The notes under the pieces: generated by a model
Databases searched by the model: none
Seen by the model: only the letters and a program-made list of their open reading frames with translations
What the model was told of the DNA's origin: nothing
Made by a program: the position numbers and the translations under genes
Shown here: positions 10,334 to 20,154 of the stretch, in pieces
Layout of the letters: every line of letters begins with the position of its first letter
Position numbering within the stretch: the first letter of the stretch is position 1
DNA from: Prochlorococcus sp. AG-409-B13
GTDB taxonomy: Bacteria > Cyanobacteriota > Cyanobacteriia > PCC-6307 > Cyanobiaceae
Assembly: GCA_003216035.1 (NCBI GenBank)
Contig: QCJM01000002.1
Coordinates: 82,426 to 146,425 of the forward strand
Direction of reading: 5' to 3'
DNA length: 64,000 nt

Positions 10334-11746
10334 ATGAGCTTAAACAATCAAGAACAGGCGCAGCCTTCTAAACAATTGACTCCTCTCCGCCTAGCAAGGT
10401 TGAGTTTATTTCAAGGTTGCATGGGTTGCCTTGCTGTCATTTTTGCAGGAATGCTCAATCGAGTCATGATTTCCGAGCTTGCCTTCCCTGCCATTTTGGT
10501 CGGTGGAGGGCTTGCTTTCGAGCAATTAATGGCACCATCAAGAGTGCTTTTTGGCAACGTTTCCGATAGTTGGCCAATTCGAGGACAAAAGAGAACTCCC
10601 TACATATGGCTTGGTACAGCAGGTTTTTGCCTAATGTCTGTAATGTCAATTCCTCTAATATTCATTACTGAAAAAGCCTTAAGACAAGGTGACTGGCTCC
10701 CAATAACAATTTGTTCATTTGCACTTTGTGGGCTATTTGCTCTTTACGGTCTGGCAGTCTCAATGGCTACCACACCATATCTTGCACTTGTAATTGATCT
10801 AACAACTGAAAAGGAAAGACCAAAAACTGTTGGGATTATTTGGTGCATGTTAACTATTGGAATCGTAGTTGGAGCCATTGCAATATCAACTACAACAAAA
10901 GGGCTTGATGGCGTAACAGATCCAACCTTACTTGAACCTGCATTAAAGAGATTTATGATTTGGGTGGCAGGCATTGTGTTAACACTATCCGTTATTGCCT
11001 GCTGGGGTATTGAGCCAAAGAGCCCTAATAGTAGACATAACGTAGTAGCGACTCAAAAAGAAGTTGGAATAAAGCAATCATGGTCAATGATTACATCTAG
11101 CCCTCAAATAATTATCTTTTTTACCTTTCTCATCCTATATACACTTGGATTATTTCTTCAAGACCCAATCCTGGAAAGTTATGGCGCAGAGGTATTCAAT
11201 CTACCAATCTCTAAAACAACCCTTTTAAACGCATATTGGGGTTCAGGTACATTAGCAGGACTTCTTATTGGTGGGCTTTGGGTTACTCCTAAGATCGGGA
11301 AACTTTCAACTGCTCGCATTGGTTGTTGGATGATAATAATCTCACTAATGCTCCTTATAGTTACTGGTCTAACAAGAAATGCCAATGGGCTGTATATGGT
11401 TATGATTTTCTTTGGTCTTGCGGCTGGGGTGGCAACCAATAGCGCGCTATCTTTAATGCTTGATTTAACTCTGCCTGAACTTGCAGGTACCTTTGTAGGG
11501 GTTTGGGGACTTGCTCAGGCTCTATCTAGAGCAATGGGGAAAGTATTTGGAGGAGGATTACTAGATTTAGGACGTTTAATTAGCAGTTCAGACAATCCTC
11601 TAATAGCCTTTTCATTTGTATTTATTTTAGAGTCATTCATTATGTTGCTTGCAATACTTGTGCTAAAGAAGGTAAATATCAACCAGTTCAGGCAAGATAC
11701 AAATACAAAAATGCAAACTCTTATATTGGCTGATCTAGATAACTAG
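10334..11746 (+). CDS. pucC: PucC/BCD-family major facilitator superfamily protein
   Basis: This is a 470-aa polytopic membrane protein. The N-terminal block LRLARLSLFQGCMGCLAVIFAGMLNRVMISELAFPAILVGGGLAFEQLMAPSRVLFGNVSD is typical of PucC/LhaA-like (bacteriochlorophyll delivery family) proteins. Confidence 0.85.
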   Translation: MSLNNQEQAQPSKQLTPLRLARLSLFQGCMGCLAVIFAGMLNRVMISELAFPAILVGGGLAFEQLMAPSRVLFGNVSDSWPIRGQKRTPYIWLGTAGFCLMSVMSIPLIFITEKALRQGDWLPITICSFALCGLFALYGLAVSMATTPYLALVIDLTTEKERPKTVGIIWCMLTIGIVVGAIAISTTTKGLDGVTDPTLLEPALKRFMIWVAGIVLTLSVIACWGIEPKSPNSRHNVVATQKEVGIKQSWSMITSSPQIIIFFTFLILYTLGLFLQDPILESYGAEVFNLPISKTTLLNAYWGSGTLAGLLIGGLWVTPKIGKLSTARIGCWMIIISLMLLIVTGLTRNANGLYMVMIFFGLAAGVATNSALSLMLDLTLPELAGTFVGVWGLAQALSRAMGKVFGGGLLDLGRLISSSDNPLIAFSFVFILESFIMLLAILVLKKVNINQFRQDTNTKMQTLILADLDN

Positions 11747-12515
11747 ACTCTCACAGGCTAGGCTCTTGCAAGACCAATCTTAAAACTTATTGGACCAATT
11801 CATTAGATAGGCTTATCTGACAAGTTAATAATTTAATCACTACCTTGCTAAAGGCTAAACACTTGAATTCTTAAGATTGAGATTATTACCACAGCAAGCA
11901 GAAATGGAAGGCAGCCAATCCTCTGGCTTAAAAACAAAAAAACTGTTCAAAAGTAATATTTGAATGCGAAGAAAAGCATTTCATATCAACCCTAGAGCGG
12001 AAAACTTACTTCTATGAGAAGAAACATTAAATCGATTCAAAGAGGCATGTAATCTAATGCTCGCATGCGATAGCAATACATACGAATTACAAAAGAAAAG
12101 TTTAACTTTTTAGCAGTGCAGGCAGTTAGGGCAACAAGAGAATGCAAACAAAGTGATTCAACCACTCATAAAGTCAGGAGTTAATCCTAACTTGGCAAAT
12201 TTAGTTCAAGCTAATTGCCATGGAATAGGAGAAGAAATCACATGGGGCTTCTATCTATAACAACATGGATACTTGCGCACTTCTCCAGTTTACGGACCGC
12301 TAGCCCAATCTATAAATTAACCTCAACTTTTTATGAGAGGGGGAACTCCCTAGAAGAAAATTGCTCAAAATCCTGTTAAATGACAAATTAATTGAAACAA
12401 GCTCAACAATCACTTGAGAGCGTTAAAATGCTTTTGCTAATTAATTCATCTATTTAAATCAATACAAGTTTCCCATTCTCATCTTTTACTCCTGAAACTA
12501 ACAGCCCTAAAGAAT

Positions 12516-13448
12516 ATGAATTCTATTCCAACTGATGCACTTGGCTTTGGAGCAGAAAGCATTTCCCAGTCAATTATTAGCTATGGGAAGTCCAGGGTGG
12601 CAGGAAGCCCTTCCATGAGCTACATCCTCTGCTCAAAAGCTGGTTGCATGCCGGGCCAGCCTGAAGTCTTCTCAATTAACTCCTTTACAAAGAGGAATAT
12701 TAATAATGATCAAATCAGCAAGCAGATAAGAAAAGCCTTTAAACTTGAAAGATACAAGTTACTCAATATTCCTATTGATAACATATACCTAGGGAGTGCG
12801 ATAGATCGTTTTACCTTCGATAAGCATTCACCACATGATGATCAGGCTCTTGAAATTGCAATAAAAGCCTCATATAAACAAGTCTATGGCAACTTTCATG
12901 CCATGGAAAGTGAGAGGCCGGTAGATCTTGAAAGAAGATTACGTAATGGAGATATTTCGATACGGGAGTTCATTAGGAAACTTGCAAAATCGTCATTTTA
13001 TCGTCATCACTATTTTCAAAGAGTTACTCAACAGCGCTGCATTGAACTTAATTTCAAGCACCTGCTAGGGCGACCGCCTTTAAGTCAAATGGAAGTTATT
13101 AACAATATTGAACTCATGTGGAAAGAGGGTTTTGATTATCAAGTTGATTCATTAATTGACTCTAATGAATATTTCAACATATTTGGTGAAGATACAGTGC
13201 CATTTCAACGTTGCTGGAATTCTCCAAGTGGTATAAGGACATCAAGTTTCAACAATACAGCCTCATTAACCAGAAGTTTTGCTACGAGTGATAATGCTAT
13301 TCATCAAAGAATCAGCAAGCAGGATGCCCCTAGTGGCACCAGTCAGCTCATCAGTAGTCTAGCCAAAGGTATTAAAGATGAAATCAAAATTCCTACGCAT
13401 GTGCAGGCATTACAAGCTATGAAATCTAAACCGGATTCAAATCACTAA
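12516..13448 (+). CDS. ppeC: Phycoerythrin-associated linker polypeptide (gamma-like, PE-III)
   Basis: The phycobilisome-linker domain is readable (ALEIAIKASYKQVYGNFHAMESERPVDLERRLRNGDISIREFIRKLAKSSFYRHHYFQRV...LNFKHLLGRPP). The gene lies within the PE cluster. Confidence 0.85.
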   Translation: MNSIPTDALGFGAESISQSIISYGKSRVAGSPSMSYILCSKAGCMPGQPEVFSINSFTKRNINNDQISKQIRKAFKLERYKLLNIPIDNIYLGSAIDRFTFDKHSPHDDQALEIAIKASYKQVYGNFHAMESERPVDLERRLRNGDISIREFIRKLAKSSFYRHHYFQRVTQQRCIELNFKHLLGRPPLSQMEVINNIELMWKEGFDYQVDSLIDSNEYFNIFGEDTVPFQRCWNSPSGIRTSSFNNTASLTRSFATSDNAIHQRISKQDAPSGTSQLISSLAKGIKDEIKIPTHVQALQAMKSKPDSNH

Positions 13449-13598
13449 TAAATATAATAAGGGTTATTGAAAAGGAATCATCTGTCATCAAAGGTCTTCT
13501 TCATGCTAAATAGTCTCTAAGTCTAATCATGATCCAATGAAGACTAGTAATTCATATTCATAAATTCATCACTCTCACCAACCATCTCAATCCTATCC

Positions 13599-13787
13599 AT
13601 GTCTATACTCCGCCCCACTTCAAATGAAAGGCCAGGAGATCAGTCCTCTAATACACCTTCAGGAAAGAAAATCCCTACAGCAATGTCGATGATGGTAGAT
13701 TCTATGGTTAGGATGATACAAAAAGCCAATGATAATGAATTAGAGCTTAACAATGAATCCTCCACCGAAAATATTGATGGGAATTGA
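13599..13787 (+). CDS. Questionable small ORF (62 aa) overlapping the cpeS start region
   Basis: Support is an ATG-initiated ORF only. The sequence is low-complexity and polar, with no motif. Confidence 0.2.
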   Translation: MSILRPTSNERPGDQSSNTPSGKKIPTAMSMMVDSMVRMIQKANDNELELNNESSTENIDGN

Positions 13788-14313
13788 GCAGTTTATTGCT
13801 CAAAGTGAAGGTGAGTGGAGATCAATGAGAACTAGCCATTCTGTTGCCTTCCAACAATTTGAAAATATAGTTAGTTTCGTCAACATCAAGTTGTTATCAA
13901 TTAACCATCCAGACGTTGTAAATACCTTAATCTCTAACAAAGAATCAAAGACTTTAGTTGGCTCACCATTCAGAATAGATTGGAATACTGATAGTGATTG
14001 GAGCCCAGATCAAACTACTGGAGCGACAACAGGATCTTCTATATTAATCCCTATACCAGAATCAAAAGAGAGTGGGAGGATGTTAAGGAGTTTGGGGTAT
14101 GCCGAGGAAATTCAGGCAGTATCAAGTTATCGAATTCTTGATGATGGTACATTTACCCTCACAACCAACTATGAAAAGGCAATAGCAGATGAAAGAATTT
14201 GGTTTATCTCTGAAAATGTCAGGTGCAGATCCTCGGTAGTGCGTACATCTAAAGGGAGCGGGATAATACAAACCTCTTTTGCTTCAGAGCTAAGAATATT
14301 AAGTTCAAAATAA
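13777..14313 (+). CDS. cpeS: CpcS/CpeS-family phycobilin lyase
   Basis: MGIEQFIAQSEGEWRSMRTSHSVAFQQFENI is a typical S-type lyase N-terminus. An upstream in-frame ATG at 13753 is an alternative start. Confidence 0.85.
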   Translation: MGIEQFIAQSEGEWRSMRTSHSVAFQQFENIVSFVNIKLLSINHPDVVNTLISNKESKTLVGSPFRIDWNTDSDWSPDQTTGATTGSSILIPIPESKESGRMLRSLGYAEEIQAVSSYRILDDGTFTLTTNYEKAIADERIWFISENVRCRSSVVRTSKGSGIIQTSFASELRILSSK

Positions 14314-14335
14314 TTTTTAAATCATCTGTCATTAT

Positions 14336-14938
14336 ATGAATTCTATTTCACTCCTAAAATTTGCCAAGACCATCGCCAGCAAATATAGCAACCAAGCGCA
14401 AGCTCAAAAAGATCCAAATCGATTTGCTCATATAAATATCTTCTTCAGGCCAATACCCTGGAACATTTTCGATGGTCCAGGCTTCTATTCAGAACAAAGC
14501 TATGACTATGCGCCCTGGTCACCTTACCGCCAAAGTGTACATAAGCTATTTCTTTCAGGCGAATCATTTGTGATGGAAAACTATCAGCTCAAGAATCCTG
14601 AAAGAGTTGCAGGGGCTGGTTTTAATTCGGCACTAATAAAAAATATAACAGGCAAAAATATTCAAAGGAGAAATGGGTGTGACATGTATTTCAAAGAAGT
14701 AAGGCCTCATAATTATATAGGTGAGGTAAGTCCTGGTAAAAGCTGTTTAATAAATAGAGCAGGCAAAGTTACATACCTAGTAAGCAGAGTTGAATTCAAT
14801 CAATCCAGATGGGAAAGCCTTGATCAAGGTTTTAGTCTTGAGACAAATCAAAAGATCTGGGGCTCAGATAACGGTCCATTAAAATTCAAAAGAATCCTAA
14901 GTCTTGAAGATGATATTAATAAGTATTGGCTTATTTAA
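14336..14938 (+). CDS. cpeT: CpcT/CpeT-family phycobilin lyase
   Basis: The T-type lyase N-terminal pattern is present (FAKTIASKYSNQAQAQKDPNRFAHINIFFRPIPW). The gene lies immediately after cpeS. Confidence 0.85.
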   Translation: MNSISLLKFAKTIASKYSNQAQAQKDPNRFAHINIFFRPIPWNIFDGPGFYSEQSYDYAPWSPYRQSVHKLFLSGESFVMENYQLKNPERVAGAGFNSALIKNITGKNIQRRNGCDMYFKEVRPHNYIGEVSPGKSCLINRAGKVTYLVSRVEFNQSRWESLDQGFSLETNQKIWGSDNGPLKFKRILSLEDDINKYWLI

Positions 14939-15006
14939 AATAATGCTTCTACGCTCTATACCCACATATTACAAGGCATCTTTTCTCTTAAGAGATTGCT
15001 AATTAC

Positions 15007-16347
15007 TTAAAATTCATTTATAAGATTATTAGCCTTTAATCTCACAAATCTATGTACATCATCTTTAGATTTCATTACCAATGGCATTAAAAAATCCCAT
15101 CCTTTACAATGAAACTTTTGACTAACACTCATTAGCGTTGCATAACGACTTGCCCAAAATAAAGTTTGGTTTTCATCTAACCATTGTTCTATATATCTAC
15201 GACACTTATCAGGGCTAAATTTCATCAAAGTAATAATTGCTGCCGGCCTAAACTTCATATACTGAGGCCAGTTGTTATTTAGGGCAGAAAACAGAAAATT
15301 CTCTATCCTATCGGATCCCTCACACGGCCATTCAGCTAGCTCCCTGAAAAGGATGATTAAGAAGTAGATAGCACCATAATCCTTTTGGAATCTATCTAAA
15401 TTCTGTAGTATTAGTGGCAACACACTAAGAAAATCTAAACTTTTTAGAGTCTTTAATGCAAGATAACAGCGACTAAAGTCAGTACAGAATAATTCCTCAA
15501 CCAAGAATTCATTACTAGGTGCATTAGAATAAGAATGTAAAACCTCTATATCATCAGGGCTATCAAGTATCAGTGAGTCAAGAAGAGAAAATAAGTTCAA
15601 TTCTTTATACTTCACTACGTTTGTAGGCCAAAGAGAATATATAGCACGCAAGCGGAATGAAGGCGCAACAGGAGCCTGCAAAACTGAGGGCAGTAAAGAG
15701 ATATCACCCGCATCTATTACATCTTGTACAGCACATTGTCTATCATTTTGACTTGGCAATGCAAGATATTCTTCAAGCTGTTTAAGACGAGTCCTTTCTC
15801 CACACAATTTAGAGATTGCAGCAATCGAGGCTCCGCGAACACCAGGAGAAACATTTTTATCTTCTACAAAGACTTTGATTCTTGGAACTTCAGAGACCGC
15901 ACCTAGTCCAGTCAAAGACTGAATCAAAACACGCCTATTTTGTATGGGGTCATCCAACAAAGAAGCAATCTCATTAATTAAATCCCTGTCTTTACAATCC
16001 AGCTCTTTCAATGCCCATGCAGCAATTTCCACGAGATACGGGTCAGAGCTTTTCAGGCATCTGCCAATAGCTGGAATTGAAGCATGGCATCTCAGGCGAG
16101 CCAAGCCTTCTACAGCCTTTCTCCTGGCAATCGCAACAGGCTGTTCATCGATATCAGATTCGATCAAGGCTAAAAGCACTTTCTCAGTATCAACTCCTGG
16201 GTATTTCTGCAAGTGAAAAACAGCCTTATAGTAATCACTTGCAAGCTCAAGTTCACTTATAGGCTTCGCCAATATGGCAAGAGCATCTTCCTTACTTAGC
16301 AATGGAAGGTTATCAAAAGGGCTAACTTTCACTTCATTAATAGCCAA
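15007..16347 (-). CDS. cpeY: E/F-type (HEAT-repeat) phycoerythrobilin lyase, large subunit-like
   Basis: This is a 446-aa protein with repeated HEAT/PBS-lyase units (e.g. RRKAVEGLARLRCHASIPAIGRCLKSSDPYLVEIAAWAL). Size and position match CpeY of PE clusters. Confidence 0.8.
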   Translation of the reverse strand: MAINEVKVSPFDNLPLLSKEDALAILAKPISELELASDYYKAVFHLQKYPGVDTEKVLLALIESDIDEQPVAIARRKAVEGLARLRCHASIPAIGRCLKSSDPYLVEIAAWALKELDCKDRDLINEIASLLDDPIQNRRVLIQSLTGLGAVSEVPRIKVFVEDKNVSPGVRGASIAAISKLCGERTRLKQLEEYLALPSQNDRQCAVQDVIDAGDISLLPSVLQAPVAPSFRLRAIYSLWPTNVVKYKELNLFSLLDSLILDSPDDIEVLHSYSNAPSNEFLVEELFCTDFSRCYLALKTLKSLDFLSVLPLILQNLDRFQKDYGAIYFLIILFRELAEWPCEGSDRIENFLFSALNNNWPQYMKFRPAAIITLMKFSPDKCRRYIEQWLDENQTLFWASRYATLMSVSQKFHCKGWDFLMPLVMKSKDDVHRFVRLKANNLINEF

Positions 16348-16534
16348 CTAATTAGATTCATAATTTATGGTCTAGCATAAAAATCATTTCATCAAGTGGA
16401 ACCTAATGATTAATATTCATATAATAAAAATCTCAAGTAAAGTAGTTCAATGATTTTATGTTTACCATTAATGAAAATTCATGTACAAAACCTATTCTCT
16501 TCATAGACAATAAGAATGCCTTTTTGGAAGTTAA

Positions 16535-17410
16535 TTGCAAAAAGAAAGTGGTGACTTAAAACTGAATAAAGATGAAGCTGCCAAATTGGCTGAAGAATTA
16601 TCAACCCAGCTTCGAAAGGGGGAAATACTTAATGCGGACAAGGTAAGTATCCAGCTTATGATTGCAGGCCTTGGAGATACCAGAGGTCTGCTTAGAAGGA
16701 CATTTGCAAAAAGCTTGGGGAAAGTAGGGAAAGCAGCCACCCCCTCACTCCGGAAGGCTCTAATAAATCATCCAAGTGTCACTGTAAGGCGTGCAGCTGC
16801 AAAAACCCTAAAATTAGTAGGTGATCCTTCCGCCTTACCAGATCTTCTAAAAGCACTCGTCAATGACCCAGACCCTGTAGTTCAAGGGTCATCAGTAGGT
16901 GCAATGGCAATTTTTGGAGAATTAGCTGTTGAGCTTTTATTGAAAGTTCTAATTGATCCAAATAGCACAGCTATGCAATGTGGTCTAGCCACATGGGGAC
17001 TGGCATTTATAGGCGATGAAGCACCAGAAGCAATTCGCGAAGCAGCCCAATCAAAGCACTCACAAATCAGAGCTGCCGCAATTGCAGCACTTGGAGATCA
17101 AATTCAATCCTTAGGAGACCAAATGGCACAGGATATTTTAATTGCCTCATTAAGTGATCCTGCTAGCGAAGTCAGAGCTTCAGCAACAACATTGCTTGGC
17201 AATATCAATGATTTAAGCTCAGCAGAGCCTTTATTAAGGGCAAGATTATTTGACTCTAGTTCCAGTGTTCGCATAAATGCAGCGCTTTCTTTAATGAAAC
17301 GCAAAGCCACTACTTCAGTCGAAACAATGCGCTCTATAATCTTGACAGAACAAGACCCAAAGGTGTTGAGGGTATTACACTTAGCAATTAAACAAATAAC
17401 CAATAGTTAA
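16535..17410 (+). CDS. HEAT-repeat PBS-lyase-like protein, a third E/F-type paralog (mpeX-like); the start is uncertain
   Basis: At least five PBS-lyase HEAT-like repeats are visible (VRRAAAKTLKLVGDPSALPDLLKALVNDPDPVV; IRAAAIAALGD; VRASATTLLGNI; VRINAALSL). The ORF opens at a TTG (16535) and the first ATG is at 16658. Confidence 0.7.
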   Translation: MQKESGDLKLNKDEAAKLAEELSTQLRKGEILNADKVSIQLMIAGLGDTRGLLRRTFAKSLGKVGKAATPSLRKALINHPSVTVRRAAAKTLKLVGDPSALPDLLKALVNDPDPVVQGSSVGAMAIFGELAVELLLKVLIDPNSTAMQCGLATWGLAFIGDEAPEAIREAAQSKHSQIRAAAIAALGDQIQSLGDQMAQDILIASLSDPASEVRASATTLLGNINDLSSAEPLLRARLFDSSSSVRINAALSLMKRKATTSVETMRSIILTEQDPKVLRVLHLAIKQITNS

Positions 17411-17441
17411 TTACAAATAGCAACACAATAACTATTTGTAA
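17411..17441. terminator. Perfect 10-bp hairpin between convergent genes (candidate bidirectional terminator)
   Basis: TTACAAATAG (17411-17420) and CTATTTGTAA (17432-17441) flank an 11-nt loop. The stem starts 1 nt after the stop of the + strand HEAT gene and includes the cpeZ stop codon. It is AT-rich with no clear U-tract. Confidence 0.45.
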
Positions 17442-18061
17442 GATTGAATTCTTGAGTTTGCACTTAGTGCATCATGAATACTTCCAACCAAGGTCTTGTC
17501 TAACGTATTTACCTCCAACAGCTCTCTAAGACAAGACTCTGCCAAGGGATCTTGAATTTCACCCAAGGCAGTAATAGAGGCTGTAGCTTTAAGAATATTC
17601 TCATCTCTAGATAATTTAATAAGCAAAGGCAATCCTTGATTGTTAAGCTGCCTGAGTATTGCTATTCCCGTAAGAATCACTTCTGGATTCTCTTCTTTAA
17701 TCGCCAATTGAACCACTCTCATTACTTCTTCTGGGAATGGCTGCTCACTATTATTTGCAGCAATCTTCACAAAAACCTTTAAACAACTTGTGCGTAAAAC
17801 TCTATCTTTAGTTTCGATAAATAAGCTTGCTAGCGGGAGCAATATAGCATGTCCAAAGTATCCTAAGGCTTTCACTGATTTACGTCTAACAACCAAATCT
17901 TTATCATTTAAATTCTTAATCAGCTTAGGCCTGGACTCCTCTGGCCAATCTCTAGCCATACTCAAATAGGCTTCCTCATTAATATTAGGGTTAGGGTGAG
18001 TAAAATCCTCAAATACTTCATTAAGACTTTTTCTATTGTTTTTTGATTTACTGAGTTCCAT
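17432..18061 (-). CDS. cpeZ: E/F-type (HEAT-repeat) phycoerythrobilin lyase, small subunit-like
   Basis: This is a 209-aa HEAT-repeat protein (VVRRKSVKALGYFGHAILLPL...). Size and position next to cpeA match CpeZ. Confidence 0.75.
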   Translation of the reverse strand: MELSKSKNNRKSLNEVFEDFTHPNPNINEEAYLSMARDWPEESRPKLIKNLNDKDLVVRRKSVKALGYFGHAILLPLASLFIETKDRVLRTSCLKVFVKIAANNSEQPFPEEVMRVVQLAIKEENPEVILTGIAILRQLNNQGLPLLIKLSRDENILKATASITALGEIQDPLAESCLRELLEVNTLDKTLVGSIHDALSANSRIQSYK

Positions 18062-18197
18062 GAATAAAAACCTTTCCAGGGCGAAGCTAAGGTTGAGTTA
18101 ATACAAGGAATAATCCCAATCAAGGGCCTAAAACTTTTCTTCAGAGAAAAAATCTATCTAATAATTCAATCAGGGAGTAGCAAGTTGACTTACAAGG

Positions 18198-18680
<483 letters not shown>

Positions 18681-18720
18681 TTAAGGATTTTTAACTTGTC
18701 GATGTGACTAATCACATAAT

Positions 18721-19275
<555 letters not shown>

Positions 19276-19569
19276 TTAGGACAGACCTGAACAGCTAACA
19301 GTGCTTCTAATCCGTAAGGGAAGACACCAACTGCCAACCTACGCCTAGGCTCTATAAGGAAGCGAAAACAACAAGTACTCCGAAACGGTTCGTAACTGAA
19401 CTGATCAGCTCAAAAGGAATCTATTAGGCAAAACGCTTTCATCACAACCCTTTTGATGCAATGTATTCTCATTAATTAAGGTAGTCTCCTGCCTAAGATC
19501 CCAACCAATACGCTTACTTTAGGAGTCTAAAAAGATTGGGCGCTAGTCTTCTTTGAATTGCTTAGATCA

Positions 19570-19779
19570 ATGCCTAAACCAACACTTGAAGAACTAACTG
19601 ATTCCATCAATGAACTCACTGCATATAGAGACAGGCTCCGCAAAGAGCTTATATCTATGGGAAAGAAGTTACATTTGAACCCAAAAAAAATCGAGTCCAC
19701 ACTAAAGAATCACAACGAGTTGAGACTTCTTGAGAAAAGCCTTTCAGACCTCTTGAAACATCGCGAAGAGTCAAACTAA
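19570..19779 (+). CDS. Hypothetical small coiled-coil protein (69 aa), divergent from cpeBA
   Basis: This ATG ORF (an in-frame TTG lies at 19558) is highly charged and predicted helical (ELTAYRDRLRKELISMGKKL...). No motif is recognisable. Confidence 0.4.
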   Translation: MPKPTLEELTDSINELTAYRDRLRKELISMGKKLHLNPKKIESTLKNHNELRLLEKSLSDLLKHREESN

Positions 19780-20154
19780 TTAACTAATAAAAAGGCTTCC
19801 CCCAAAAGGGAAATAGAAGTCATGCGCAAGAGTCACTTCATGGTTATCGTAGAGATTGAAAGGAAGGAAGACTCCTTAATATAGCCAGGTCGCTCTTTAA
19901 TAATTATGTTCACTTATCAACCCAGTAAGCCTCAAAAAACAAAAAACACTGTACTTAAGTAATTACACAGAAATATAAACTTGAATTTATTAATCAGAAA
20001 ATCGGAAGTTATTATCAAGCAAAAATAACTCTAAGAAAGGCTAATTACATTAACCGAACAGGAAAAACTAAGTGATCGGTTGGTAGACTGGCTATTCTTT
20101 AAACCCAATTGTCTATTAAAGGAATAAATTAAAAAAAGTATTTGGCGTTCCGGA

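Noticed and set aside
18702-18717. The palindrome ATGTGA-CTAA-TCACAT lies in the 55-nt cpeB-cpeA spacer.
   Set aside because: A short 6-bp stem is plausible as an mRNA stability element, but it is too small to distinguish from chance. The cpeA ribosome-binding region (GGGAAG) explains the rest of the spacer.
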